Positions 33,245 through 43,930 of a stretch of 64,000 bases of DNA are shown piece by piece (the stretch's first letter is position 1; each line of letters begins with the position of its first letter). The notes under the pieces are model-generated. The model was not told the DNA's origin. It was given only the letters and a program-made list of their open reading frames with translations, and searched no databases. Origin of the DNA: an uncultured Methanosarcinales archaeon (GTDB taxonomy: Archaea > Nanobdellota > Nanobdellia > Woesearchaeales > CAYSVS01); NCBI GenBank assembly GCA_964589485.1, contig CAZPRK010000001.1, positions 48,369 through 112,368 on the forward strand. Reading direction: 5' to 3'. The translations under genes and the position numbers were made by a program.

Positions 33245-34453
33245 ATGAGCAAAGAATTAAATAATTTTTTTGAAAAATTTCTAACAAGGCAACCATTGTT
33301 CTTAAATAAAACAGTAATACAATCAAATTATTCACCAGAAAAAATTGAACATAGAGATGATCAAATCCAAAAAATTGCAGATATTCTTGCTCCTTCGCTT
33401 AGACTTGAAAAACCTAGTAATTTATTCATTTATGGTAAAACTGGTACAGGAAAAACTCTTAGTGTAAAATATACAACTGATAAAATTTTAGAAGTTGCAG
33501 AAAAAAAAGGAACTCCAATTAAAATTTTTTATTTAAATTGTAAATTAAAAAAAGTAGCTGATACTGAATATAGATTAATTGCACAATTAGCAAGAGAATT
33601 AGGTAAAACTATCCCTGCTACAGGTTTACCAACAGATGAAGTTTATAAAATTTTTTTTGAAGCTTTAGATAAAGATAAAAAATTATTTTTAGTTATTTTA
33701 GATGAAATAGATCAATTAATTAAAAAAGCAGGAGACGAAATATTATATAATTTAACTAGAATTAATACTGAATTAAAAAATTCACAAATTGCTATAATTG
33801 GTATTTCAAACGATTTAGTATTTGCAGATTCGTTAGATCCTAGAGTTAAAAGTTCACTTTCAGAAGAAGAAATTGTTTTTCCTCCATATAATGCAATTCA
33901 AATCCAAGATATCTTAAAACAAAGAGCAAAAATAGGATTTAAAGATGGTGTTATAGAACCAGGTGTAATTGAAAAATGTGCAGCTTATGCGGCAAGGGAA
34001 CATGGAGATGCTAGAAGAGCAATTGAATTATTGAGAGTTTCTGGAGAAATAGCAGAAAGATCAGGTAAAACAATTTTAGAAATAAAAGATTTAGATGAGG
34101 CTGAAGATAAAATTGAAAGGGATAGAATTTTAGATGTAATTATTACTCAACCTAAACAACATCAAGCTACATTATATTCAATATTAGCTGTTAAAGATAA
34201 TAAAAAAAGCACAATATTTACTGGTGAAGTATATGAAGTATACAAAGAAATTTGTCAAAAAGTTAATTTACAATTTCTAACTCAAAGAAGAATATCAGAT
34301 GTTCTTGCAGAATTAGATATGTTGGGCATAATTAACGCTAAAGTTATTTCTAAAGGTCGATATGGTAGAACTAGAGAAATTTCATTATCCCTTCCTGAAG
34401 CATCAGTAAATAAAATTAAAAATTTACTTGAGGAAGGTTTAGACTTATGTTAG
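33245..34453 (+). CDS. cdc6: Cdc6/Orc1 replication initiator
   Basis: Walker A IYGKTGTGKT, AAA+ core, C-terminal winged helix; about 400 aa. Confidence 0.95.
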   Translation: MSKELNNFFEKFLTRQPLFLNKTVIQSNYSPEKIEHRDDQIQKIADILAPSLRLEKPSNLFIYGKTGTGKTLSVKYTTDKILEVAEKKGTPIKIFYLNCKLKKVADTEYRLIAQLARELGKTIPATGLPTDEVYKIFFEALDKDKKLFLVILDEIDQLIKKAGDEILYNLTRINTELKNSQIAIIGISNDLVFADSLDPRVKSSLSEEEIVFPPYNAIQIQDILKQRAKIGFKDGVIEPGVIEKCAAYAAREHGDARRAIELLRVSGEIAERSGKTILEIKDLDEAEDKIERDRILDVIITQPKQHQATLYSILAVKDNKKSTIFTGEVYEVYKEICQKVNLQFLTQRRISDVLAELDMLGIINAKVISKGRYGRTREISLSLPEASVNKIKNLLEEGLDLC

Positions 34454-35988
34454 AATTAAAAAAAAAAAAAGAAGTTATAACAAACAGTTTAAATGAAGGT
34501 TTTTTAGTAGGGAAAACTTTTTTTGAAGAAGAACAGGAATTAAATCTCAAAGAATTAGATAAAAACTGTTTAATTTTAGATGATAGTATTGAAAAATTAA
34601 CTAAAATAGAAAAGCATAATTGGATTGATTTCGACAAAGCTAAAGTTCTTGCCGAAAAAAAAAAAAATAATAAAATTCTAAAAAGTTTTAATGAAGTAAT
34701 AGAAAATGGAGTTGAAGTAGTTAAAGAAAATGAAAATATTCAAATAATTTCATCATATAATAAAGAAATTTGTAAAAAAAGAGAAGTTGAAGATTTTGTT
34801 ATGTATTTTAACAAAAGATTTACTGCACTTGAAAAAATTCTTAGAAATAGACATGAATTATCTGGAAGTATTTCTATTTCTAGAGTATTAAGTAGAAATG
34901 AAAAAGATTCAGTTTCAATTATTGGTATAGTTCAAGATAAAAGATTAACTAAAAATGGACATCTTTTTATTACATTGGAAGATAAAACAGGCATAATTAG
35001 AGTTTTAGTAAGTAAAGATAAACCTGAATTATTCCAACTAGCTCAAGATATTGTATTCGATGAAGTTATAGGTGTAGTTGGAGCAAATGGAGATAAAATT
35101 ATTTTTGCAAACAATATAATTCAACCAGATATTCCTCTTAATAAAGAATTAAAAAAAAGTCCAGATGAAGCTTATGCTTTATTTATGTCAGATGTCCATG
35201 TTGGAAGTTATAATTTTTTAGAAGAAGAATTTAATAAATTTTTAAATTGGATAAATGGTAAATCTGGGGATGAGAAACAAAAATTAATATCCAGTAAAGT
35301 TAAATATATTTTTTTTGCAGGTGATTTAGTAGATGGCGTAGGTATTTATCCTGGACAAGAAAAAGATTTATCAATTCCAGATATATATAAACAATATGAA
35401 AAATGCGCAGAGCTTTTATCTAAAATTCCTGCTAACATCAATATTATAATAGCACCAGGAAATCATGATGCTATGAGAATTGCTGAACCTCAACCAAGGT
35501 TATATGAAGATTTTGCGGGCCCTATACTAAACCTACCTAATGTAACTGTAGTTAGTAACCCTGGTATGGTCAATGTTCATGGTAATGAAGATTTTCCTGG
35601 ATTTGATGTAATGTTATACCATGGTTATTCTTATGATTATTATGTAGCAAATGTTGATAGTTTAAGAAATAAAGGGGGTTATAATAGAGCAGATTTAATT
35701 ATTAAATTTTTACTACAAAGAAGACATTTAGCTCCATCCCATTCATCAACATTATATCTTCCTGAAACAGAATATGATCCTTTAGTGATTGATCATGTTC
35801 CTGATATTTTTGTCTCTGGACATATTCATAAAGCCGTTGTTTCAAATTATAGAAACATTACAATGATTAGTAGTAGTTGTTGGCAAGCTAAAACTGAGTT
35901 TGAAGAAAAAATGGGACATGAGCCTGAACCTGCAAGAATCCCTATGGTTAATTTACAAACAAGGGAAGTTAAAATATTGAGGTTCTAA
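34447..35988 (+). CDS. DNA polymerase II (PolD) small subunit DP1
   Basis: N-terminal OB region and C-terminal calcineurin-like phosphoesterase motifs (DVHVG, GNHD); overlaps the cdc6 stop. Confidence 0.9.
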   Translation: MLELKKKKEVITNSLNEGFLVGKTFFEEEQELNLKELDKNCLILDDSIEKLTKIEKHNWIDFDKAKVLAEKKKNNKILKSFNEVIENGVEVVKENENIQIISSYNKEICKKREVEDFVMYFNKRFTALEKILRNRHELSGSISISRVLSRNEKDSVSIIGIVQDKRLTKNGHLFITLEDKTGIIRVLVSKDKPELFQLAQDIVFDEVIGVVGANGDKIIFANNIIQPDIPLNKELKKSPDEAYALFMSDVHVGSYNFLEEEFNKFLNWINGKSGDEKQKLISSKVKYIFFAGDLVDGVGIYPGQEKDLSIPDIYKQYEKCAELLSKIPANINIIIAPGNHDAMRIAEPQPRLYEDFAGPILNLPNVTVVSNPGMVNVHGNEDFPGFDVMLYHGYSYDYYVANVDSLRNKGGYNRADLIIKFLLQRRHLAPSHSSTLYLPETEYDPLVIDHVPDIFVSGHIHKAVVSNYRNITMISSSCWQAKTEFEEKMGHEPEPARIPMVNLQTREVKILRF

Positions 35989-35989
35989 A

Positions 35990-38900
35990 ATGGTAACTGC
36001 AAGCGAAAATATGCAAAAATATTTTAATAAAATTGAAGAAGATGTGAGTATAGCCTTTACAAAAGCTCAAGAAGCAAAAAAATTAGGTTTTGATTATGAA
36101 AAAGAAGTGGAAATTACTTTAGCTAAAAACATGGCTGAAAGGGTAATTGGTATTATTTCAGTTGTAGCACCCCAAATGAAAAACTCAGGTGCAGCAGAAA
36201 GAATTATTGAATTAGAAAAAAAATATGGAATTTTAGATTGGAAAGTTGCACTTGAAATTGCTTTAGAAATTTCTGAAGAAAAATTTTGTAAATTTAAAGA
36301 TAAAAAAGAAGCTATTGAAATTGGAATTAGGGCGGGATTTGCATATGGGACGGTAGGTGTTGTAAGTAGTCCATTAGAAGGTTTTGTTAGTTTAGATATA
36401 AAACCAAGAAGAGATGGTCAAGGTGAATATTTTTGTATGAATTTTTCCGGACCTATTAGAAATGCAGGAGGAACTGCTGCAAGTTTAAGTGTAATTATTG
36501 CTGATTATGTTAGAGTAAAGTTAGGTTATCAAAAATATGATCCTTCAGAAGAAGAAATTAAAAGAACTTTTGTTGAAATTACAGAATATCATGAACGTGT
36601 TACTAATTTACAATATTTCCCAAGTCAAGAAGAAGTTAATTTTATGACAAAAAATTGTCCTGTTGAAATTAGTGGAGATCCAACTGAAAAATTTGATGTT
36701 CCAACTTATAAAGATTTACCAAGAGTAAACACAAATAAATTAAGAGGTGGATTTTGTTTAATTCATTCTAGTTGTATTCCATTAAAAGCAGAAAAACTTT
36801 GGAAACAATTATCAATATGGGGAAGTAGTTTTAATTTAGAACATTGGTCTTTTTTGGAAGAATTTATTAAAATTAAAAAAAATGCTCACGCTGAAGGATC
36901 TAACGATGAAGAAAAAGAATCAGGAAAAGTTTTACCTGACTTTACATTTATTAAAGATATAGTTGCCGGTAGACCCGTATTAAGTCACCCGTTAGCAAAA
37001 GGAGGGTTTAGATTAAGATATGGAAGAAGTCGATTTTCAGGATATAGTGGCCAAAGTATCCACCCCGCAACTATGTATGTTATGAGAAGTTATATTGCTA
37101 CAGGAACTCAATTAAAAGTTGAACGTCCTGGTAAAGGAGCTGCATTTACTCCATGTGATAAATTACAAGGTCCTATTATTAGATTAAAAAATGGAAGTGT
37201 TGTACAACTAAATAAGGAATCTGAAGCTAAAGAATATGTTAAAGAAATGGAAGAAGTTTTATTTTTAGGGGATGTTTTAATTAATTATGGTGATTTTTTT
37301 GATAGGGCTCACCCTTTAGTTCCAGCAGGTTATTGTGAAGAATGGTGGATTCAAGAACTTGAAAAAGCTACAGTTGATTTATTTGGAAATTTAGATATTG
37401 AAAAATTATCAGATTTAACTTCTATTAATGCAAATATTTTTGAAACTTTATTTGAAGACCCCATAAATGAAGAAATTTCAGCTAAAAATGCAATTAATAT
37501 ATCTAAAAAATTAAAAATACCTTTACATCCTTTTTATACTTATTATTGGGATGATATTTCTATTGAAGATTTTAAAAAATTATACGACTGGCTTTCAAAA
37601 GGAAATATTCAAAAAGAATCTGAAGTAAATAAAATTATTTTAAAAATTAAAGATGAAAAAAAAATCTTAGAATTTATTGGTATGCCTCATTTAGTGGTTA
37701 ATAATGAATTTATTGTAATTGAAAAACAACATGCACAAGCATTATTAGGTACATTAAGTAATTTTGAAAAAAAACTTGAAGATCATAAATCTACATTAGA
37801 GTTAATTAATTCTATTTCTGAAATAAAAATTAGAGATAAATCTGGAACTTATATTGGAGCAAGAATGGGACGTCCAGAAAAAGCTAAAATGAGAAAAATG
37901 AATGGTTCTCCACATTCTTTATTTCCTGTAGGTGAAGAAGGGGGTAGATTAAGAAGTTTTCAAGCTGCAATGGAAGTCGGTAAAATTAAAGCAGAATTAC
38001 CTAATTATAAATGTAAAAAATGTAATAAAAACACAATTTATACTGTTTGTGAAGTTTGTCATGTTACAACTACGCAACTTTTTTTTTGTCAATCATGTGG
38101 ATTAATAGAAACAGAAATATGTAAAACTCATGGCAATACTAAGCCTTATAGTGAACAAGAGATAGATATTCAACATTATTTTAAAAAAGCATCAAGAAAA
38201 TCAAATGGCGCCATTTCAAAATTAATTAAAGGAGTAAAAGGAACTAATAATAAAAACCATAGACCTGAAAATTTAATTAAAGGAATAATTAGATCCAGAT
38301 ATAATTTATTTGTAAATAAAGATGGAACTATTAGATATGATGCTTCTGAATTAACTTGTACTCATTTTAAACCTAAAGAAGTTAATGTTGAAATTGATAA
38401 ATTAATAGAGTTAGGTTATACTAAAGATTACTTAGGTAAAGAATTAACTGACAAAAACCAAATTTTAGAAATTAAACCACAAGATGTAATTTTACCTGCT
38501 TGTCCTATATCCCCAGATGAAAAAAGTGATGATGTTTTATTAAACATAACCAAATATATTGATGACCTTTTAGTAAACTTCTATGGTTTACCTCCTTTTT
38601 ATAAATCAAAATCAAAAAAAGATTTAATAGGCCAATATATTCTTGGACTTGCTCCTCATACTTCAGCTGCAATGGTTGGACGTATTATTGGATTTAGTCA
38701 AACCCAAGCATTTTTAGCGCACCCTTATTTCCATGCTGCAGAAAGAAGAGATACTGATGGGGATGAACTTGGTTTTATTCTTTTAATGGACGCTTTCCTT
38801 AATTTTTCTAAATCATTTCTCCCAGAACATAGAGGAAGTACAATGGATGCTCCTTTAGTAATGACTTCAATTTTAAATCCCTCTGAAGTTGATGATATGG

Positions 38901-39502
38901 CATTTAATGTAGATATTGTTAATAAATATCCTTTAGAGTTATATGAAGCGGCTTTGGAACATAAAATGCCTTGGGAAGTTAAAATTAAATTAATTAAAGA
39001 TGTTCTAGATACAGAAAACCAATATGAAAATATGAAATTTACACATGATACTGATAATGTAAATACAGGAATTCTTTGTTCTGCTTATAAAACACTCCCA
39101 TCAATGGAGGATAAATTAAAAGGTCAAATGTTAATTGCTGAAACTTTACGTAGTGTTGAACCTATGGATGTAGCAAGGTTAGTAATTGAAAAACATTTTT
39201 TAAAAGATACAAAAGGTAATTTAAGAAAATTTTCAATGCAACAATTTAGATGTGTAAAATGTAATGAAAAATTTAGACGTCCACCTTTAATAGGAAAATG
39301 TACTAGTTGTAGTGGTAAAATTTTATTTACAATTGCACATGGTAGTGTAATAAAATATTTAGAACCAAGTATTAGTTTAGCTAATAAATATAATGTTCCT
39401 GCTTATTTAAAACAAACTTTAACCTTATTACAAAGAAGAGTAGATGGAGTTTTTGGAAAAGAAAAAGATAAACAAGAGGGGTTAGGGAAATGGTTTGGTT
39501 AA
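35990..39502 (+). CDS. DNA polymerase II (PolD) large subunit DP2, no intein
   Basis: 1170 aa with characteristic DP2 blocks and zinc-finger Cys clusters (CKKCNK..CEVCH, CVKCNEKF..CTSCSG). Confidence 0.95.
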   Translation: MVTASENMQKYFNKIEEDVSIAFTKAQEAKKLGFDYEKEVEITLAKNMAERVIGIISVVAPQMKNSGAAERIIELEKKYGILDWKVALEIALEISEEKFCKFKDKKEAIEIGIRAGFAYGTVGVVSSPLEGFVSLDIKPRRDGQGEYFCMNFSGPIRNAGGTAASLSVIIADYVRVKLGYQKYDPSEEEIKRTFVEITEYHERVTNLQYFPSQEEVNFMTKNCPVEISGDPTEKFDVPTYKDLPRVNTNKLRGGFCLIHSSCIPLKAEKLWKQLSIWGSSFNLEHWSFLEEFIKIKKNAHAEGSNDEEKESGKVLPDFTFIKDIVAGRPVLSHPLAKGGFRLRYGRSRFSGYSGQSIHPATMYVMRSYIATGTQLKVERPGKGAAFTPCDKLQGPIIRLKNGSVVQLNKESEAKEYVKEMEEVLFLGDVLINYGDFFDRAHPLVPAGYCEEWWIQELEKATVDLFGNLDIEKLSDLTSINANIFETLFEDPINEEISAKNAINISKKLKIPLHPFYTYYWDDISIEDFKKLYDWLSKGNIQKESEVNKIILKIKDEKKILEFIGMPHLVVNNEFIVIEKQHAQALLGTLSNFEKKLEDHKSTLELINSISEIKIRDKSGTYIGARMGRPEKAKMRKMNGSPHSLFPVGEEGGRLRSFQAAMEVGKIKAELPNYKCKKCNKNTIYTVCEVCHVTTTQLFFCQSCGLIETEICKTHGNTKPYSEQEIDIQHYFKKASRKSNGAISKLIKGVKGTNNKNHRPENLIKGIIRSRYNLFVNKDGTIRYDASELTCTHFKPKEVNVEIDKLIELGYTKDYLGKELTDKNQILEIKPQDVILPACPISPDEKSDDVLLNITKYIDDLLVNFYGLPPFYKSKSKKDLIGQYILGLAPHTSAAMVGRIIGFSQTQAFLAHPYFHAAERRDTDGDELGFILLMDAFLNFSKSFLPEHRGSTMDAPLVMTSILNPSEVDDMAFNVDIVNKYPLELYEAALEHKMPWEVKIKLIKDVLDTENQYENMKFTHDTDNVNTGILCSAYKTLPSMEDKLKGQMLIAETLRSVEPMDVARLVIEKHFLKDTKGNLRKFSMQQFRCVKCNEKFRRPPLIGKCTSCSGKILFTIAHGSVIKYLEPSISLANKYNVPAYLKQTLTLLQRRVDGVFGKEKDKQEGLGKWFG

Positions 39503-39507
39503 AAAAA

Positions 39508-39804
39508 TTATGTATCATCACTTAAAATAACCTGAGCATGTTCAATTCCTTGAATTTTAATTGTTTCTTGTATTAAACCTAAATTTCTAAAAAATTCAAT
39601 TGATTTATTACCCACTATATTTAAAATATGAACTTCTTTAATAATTTCTTTAATTTCTTCTTCTGGTTTTTCTTCACCTTTATAAAAATTTGAAGTTAAA
39701 TCTAATTGTAAATTTTTTTCTTCAAATTTCTTTCCTAATACATCACTATCACAAATAGCCAAAATAACTTGTCCTTCTAAATTTATATGTTTTTTAATTA
39801 TCAT
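39508..39804 (-). CDS. Conserved hypothetical protein, 98 aa
   Basis: ORF overlapping aIF2-beta stop/start by 4 nt. Confidence 0.4.
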   Translation of the reverse strand: MIIKKHINLEGQVILAICDSDVLGKKFEEKNLQLDLTSNFYKGEEKPEEEIKEIIKEVHILNIVGNKSIEFFRNLGLIQETIKIQGIEHAQVILSDDT

Positions 39805-40208
39805 ATTTTACTTTTCACAGGATGTCTTGCTCCACAAGCCATACATTTAATATTAGAAAAACCAGATTCTTTTGTTATTTTAGTATCAGGTTTACCACAA
39901 TCTGGACATAAAACAAAATCTTGTGCATATTTTTTTATCTTATCATTAATTCTTAATGCAGGTATTTTAGCTCCAAGTATTAATCCTGTTTTTTTAAGAT
40001 CACCCGGTGTAGCTAACTCTTTTAATATATATTTCAATAAATGTTCTTCTTCTCTTGCTAAAGTTTGAGAAATTTGTTTAAAATTACTAATAATAGTTTT
40101 ATTTCCTTGAATATGTCCTTTAACTGTTGGTATTTCGAATCTTGCTGATTCAAACACCGATTTAGGTAACTTATCCCTTCCTTCTTTTAGCATCTTTTTA
40201 TAATCCAT
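39801..40208 (-). CDS. eif2b: Translation initiation factor aIF2 beta subunit
   Basis: C-terminal C4 zinc ribbon CPDCGKPDT...CMACGA; about 135 aa. Confidence 0.85.
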   Translation of the reverse strand: MDYKKMLKEGRDKLPKSVFESARFEIPTVKGHIQGNKTIISNFKQISQTLAREEEHLLKYILKELATPGDLKKTGLILGAKIPALRINDKIKKYAQDFVLCPDCGKPDTKITKESGFSNIKCMACGARHPVKSKI

Positions 40209-40432
40209 AATTTTTAGTTAAAATCTCTTATATTTAAATCTGATGTTTAACTCCTACCCCTTAATTTCCTTTAGAACTCTATATTATAATAATAAATATT
40301 AATATATTTCTTTATTTTCTATATTGTAAATAAATAAAATAATAATAAATATAAATAATAAAATATATGTTTCCATAAGAAATAAAGGGGTAAGTGTAGG
40401 TAAAATATAGTAAATGTTTAAATACAACTAAG

Positions 40433-40447
40433 AACTACCTGGTAGTT
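40433..40447. promoter_or_regulatory. Perfect 7-bp inverted repeat (AACTACC-t-GGTAGTT) 17 nt upstream of the TrmB-family regulator gene; candidate operator
   Basis: Palindrome read directly from sequence. Confidence 0.35.
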
Positions 40448-40463
40448 GTAACAGGTACTAAAT

Positions 40464-41228
40464 ATGATTATTGAAAAAGAAATATTATCTAAACTTAAAG
40501 ATTTTGGTTTAAATTCTTATGAATCAAAACTTTGGACAGCATTATTGTCTAGAGGAAGTAGTACATCTAGTGAATTAAGTGATATAGCCAATGTTCCAAG
40601 AAGTAGGAGTTATGATGTTTTAGAAAGTTTGGAAAGAAAAGGATTCGTTATACTTAAGTTGGGTAAACCAATAAAATATGTAGCAGTTCCACCATCTCAA
40701 GTACTTAATTTAATTAAAAATAATGCAGATAAAGAAGCTCAAGAAAAAATAAATCAATTAGAAAAATTAAAAAATAGTGATATTATCAAAGAATTAAACT
40801 CTTTACATCAAGAGGGAAAAAATACTATTGATAAAATAGATTTAAGTGGAAGCATTAAAGGACAACCAAATATTCATAATCATTTAGAACAAATGATAAA
40901 AAAAGCAAAAAATTCTATTTTAATGGTAGCTCCTAGTGCATCATTAAAAGGAAATAAAAGTTTTATTTTAGAAAAATTAGAAGAATCTAAAAAAACAGGT
41001 ATAAAAACAAAATTAATTCTTAATGGAAAAAAAGAAGACGATATTATTAAAAAAGTTGATTATTATAAAAAAGATATGGATGGTATGTTTTGTGTTGTAG
41101 ATAATAGTGAAGTATTATTTATGTTAACTGATGAAAAAACACATCCAACTTATGAAGCTGCTGTTTGGTTAAATTCAGACTTTTTTGCAAATTCTCTTAG
41201 TTCAATTGTTGATGAATTTACTAAATAA
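40464..41228 (+). CDS. TrmB-family winged-helix transcriptional regulator
   Basis: N-terminal YESKLWTALLSRGSSTSSELSDIANVPRSRSYDVLESLERKGFV matches the TrmB HTH signature. Confidence 0.75.
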   Translation: MIIEKEILSKLKDFGLNSYESKLWTALLSRGSSTSSELSDIANVPRSRSYDVLESLERKGFVILKLGKPIKYVAVPPSQVLNLIKNNADKEAQEKINQLEKLKNSDIIKELNSLHQEGKNTIDKIDLSGSIKGQPNIHNHLEQMIKKAKNSILMVAPSASLKGNKSFILEKLEESKKTGIKTKLILNGKKEDDIIKKVDYYKKDMDGMFCVVDNSEVLFMLTDEKTHPTYEAAVWLNSDFFANSLSSIVDEFTK

Positions 41229-41267
41229 TACAAATAATTTTAAATAAATTCATTTTTTAGTTTCTTA

Positions 41268-42584
41268 ATGCAAAATATATTATTAATAGGTAATGGCGCT
41301 AGGGAACATGTTATTGCTGAAGTTTTAAAAAGAAATGAATGTAAACTTTTTTCTTATTTAGCTTCTAATAATCCAGGAATAATTTCTTTATCTGAAGATT
41401 ATATTATAGGTAATTTAACAAATTTAGAAAAAATAACAGAATTCGCATTAAAACATAATATTAATTTTGCTATTATTGGTCCAGAAGCGCCATTAGAAAA
41501 CGGAATTGTAGATAAATTAAAAGAAAATAATATTCAAAGTATAGGACCTACTCAATCTTTAGCAAGATTAGAAACAAGTAAATCTTTTACTAGAAATTTA
41601 TTATTTAAATATAATATAAAAGGAAACCCAAAATTTAAAACTTTTACTTCATTGGAAGGAATAGAGAAGTTTATGAATGAATTAAATGGAAACTATGTAG
41701 TTAAAGCAGATGGTTTATGCGGGGGAAAAGGAGTAAAACTTAGCGGTGAACATTTACTTAATATTAAAGAAGGTTTAAATTTTTGTAATGAATCAATTGA
41801 AAAGTTTGGAAAGGTAGTTGTTGAAGAAAAATTTATTGGAGAAGAATTTTCATTAATGAGTTTTGTTGATGGTGAAACTATAATTGATTTTCCAACGGTT
41901 CAGGATCATAAACGAGCTTTTGAAAATGATGTAGGTCCAAATACAGGGGGTATGGGTAGTTATTCTGACAAAAATTATTTACCTTTCTTAGATCAAAATA
42001 GTTTAGACGAAGCTCATAAAATAACTGAACAAACCATGCATGCTTTGTTTAAAGAAACCAATGAAAAATATAAAGGTATAATGTATGGTGGATTTATAAG
42101 AACACAAACTGGTGTAAAGTTAATTGAATATAATGCTAGATTTGGAGACCCTGAAGTTTTAAATGTATTACCTTTATTAAATACAAATTTTGTAGAAATA
42201 TGTCAAGCTATTATAAATGGTACATTAAATACTTTTAATATTTCTTTTTTAAATAAAGCAACAGTTTGTAAATATGTAGTTCCTGAAGGATATCCAATTA
42301 ATGCAGTTAAAGGTGAAAAAATTAGCTTTGAGAATGATAAAAATATTTCAATTTATTATGCAAGTATTAATAAAGTAAATGAAGATTTAATTATGTTGGG
42401 TTCTAGAGCTTTAGCATTTGTTTCTCAAGCTGATTCTATTATTGAAGCAGAAAATAATGTAGAAAATGCGATAAGTAAAGTAAAAGGAAGAGTGTTTCAT
42501 AGAAAGGATATAGGAACAAAAGAATTAATTCAAAAAAAATTAAATAGAATGAATTTAATTTTACAAAATGAAAAATCAACTTAG
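41268..42584 (+). CDS. purD: Phosphoribosylamine-glycine ligase (GAR synthetase)
   Basis: ATP-grasp architecture with PurD-like N-terminal ILLIGNGAREH. Confidence 0.9.
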   Translation: MQNILLIGNGAREHVIAEVLKRNECKLFSYLASNNPGIISLSEDYIIGNLTNLEKITEFALKHNINFAIIGPEAPLENGIVDKLKENNIQSIGPTQSLARLETSKSFTRNLLFKYNIKGNPKFKTFTSLEGIEKFMNELNGNYVVKADGLCGGKGVKLSGEHLLNIKEGLNFCNESIEKFGKVVVEEKFIGEEFSLMSFVDGETIIDFPTVQDHKRAFENDVGPNTGGMGSYSDKNYLPFLDQNSLDEAHKITEQTMHALFKETNEKYKGIMYGGFIRTQTGVKLIEYNARFGDPEVLNVLPLLNTNFVEICQAIINGTLNTFNISFLNKATVCKYVVPEGYPINAVKGEKISFENDKNISIYYASINKVNEDLIMLGSRALAFVSQADSIIEAENNVENAISKVKGRVFHRKDIGTKELIQKKLNRMNLILQNEKST

Positions 42585-43113
42585 ATTAGATTTTATAAAT
42601 AAAAGAAAAAATTTATCAAATATAGAAATAGCTTCAAAAAGTAATAAAATAATAATTAATTTAAAAAATTTAGACTTAATTAAAAAAGCAAAAAACATTT
42701 TTATTTATGCTTCAAATAAATATGAAGTACAAACTTTAAATTTTATAAAAGATAATTTAATTAAAAAAAACATATTTTTACCTTTTAAAGATGAATTAGA
42801 GAATGTATACCAAGTACAAAATATAAATGAATTAATTTTTGATTCTAGGGGAATATTACAACCAATAAAAAATCAACCATTATCTTTAAGTAATATTGAC
42901 ATTTTTGTTATTCCAGGAGTTGTTTTTGATAAAAAATTCAATAGAATAGGACACGGGAGTGGTTTTTTTGATAAGTTATTAAAAATAATAAATAAACCTA
43001 AAGTTGCTTTAGCTTATAAATTTCAAATTATTAATGAAATTCCAAATGAAAAACATGATATTGAAATGAATTACATTGTTAATGAAGAAGGTGTGTTAAA
43101 AAATGATAATTGA
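42568..43113 (+). CDS. 5-formyltetrahydrofolate cyclo-ligase (MTHFS)
   Basis: About 180 aa with GHGSGFFD-type motif. Confidence 0.65.
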   Translation: MKNQLRLDFINKRKNLSNIEIASKSNKIIINLKNLDLIKKAKNIFIYASNKYEVQTLNFIKDNLIKKNIFLPFKDELENVYQVQNINELIFDSRGILQPIKNQPLSLSNIDIFVIPGVVFDKKFNRIGHGSGFFDKLLKIINKPKVALAYKFQIINEIPNEKHDIEMNYIVNEEGVLKNDN

Positions 43114-43930
43114 TGGGAAAAATATTGCTTTACAAATAAGAGAAAAAATTAAACAAGAAGTTTTAAAATTAGAAAAAAAGCCAGGATTAGCTGTAGTTTT
43201 AGTTGGAGAAAATTCTGCTTCAAAAGTATATGTAAATATGAAAAGTGTAGCATGTGATGATGTTGGGTTTTATTCTGAAAAACATCAATTATCTGAAAAT
43301 GTAAGTGAAACTGAATTAATAAATTTAGTTCAAAAATTAAATAATGATGAAAATATACACGGAATACTTGTTCAATTACCCTTACCAAACCATATTAATG
43401 AAATAAATGTATTGAATACAGTTACTCCAAAAAAAGATGTAGATGGTTTTCATCCTTTAAATGTTGGTGAATTTCATACAAACCAAGGAACAATTGTTCC
43501 TTGTACACCTTTAGGAGTATTAAGGTTGTTACAGGCAACTAATACTGAAATAGTAGGAAAAAATGTAGTAGTTGTTGGAAGAAGTAATATTGTAGGAAAA
43601 CCTGCTGCTATGTTAATGTTAAACGAAGGAGCAACAGTTTCTATATGTCATTCAAAAACTAAAAATTTAAGTGAATATACAAAAATAGCTGATATTTTAA
43701 TTGTTGCAGTTGGTAAATCTAAATTAATTAAAGCTGATATGGTTAAAGAAAATTCTATTATTATTGATGTTGGAGTTAATAGAGTTGATGGAAAGTTATG
43801 CGGAGATGTTGATTTTGAAAATGTTTCAAAAATTGCAAGTCATATTACTCCAGTCCCAGGTGGAGTAGGACCTATGACTATTGCAATGTTGTTGGAAAAT
43901 ACTTTGAAATGTTATAGGGGATTAAACTGA
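43103..43930 (+). CDS. folD: Bifunctional methylene-THF dehydrogenase / methenyl-THF cyclohydrolase
   Basis: IIDGK..; VGxNxAS; PVPGGVGPMT. Confidence 0.9.
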   Translation: MIIDGKNIALQIREKIKQEVLKLEKKPGLAVVLVGENSASKVYVNMKSVACDDVGFYSEKHQLSENVSETELINLVQKLNNDENIHGILVQLPLPNHINEINVLNTVTPKKDVDGFHPLNVGEFHTNQGTIVPCTPLGVLRLLQATNTEIVGKNVVVVGRSNIVGKPAAMLMLNEGATVSICHSKTKNLSEYTKIADILIVAVGKSKLIKADMVKENSIIIDVGVNRVDGKLCGDVDFENVSKIASHITPVPGGVGPMTIAMLLENTLKCYRGLN

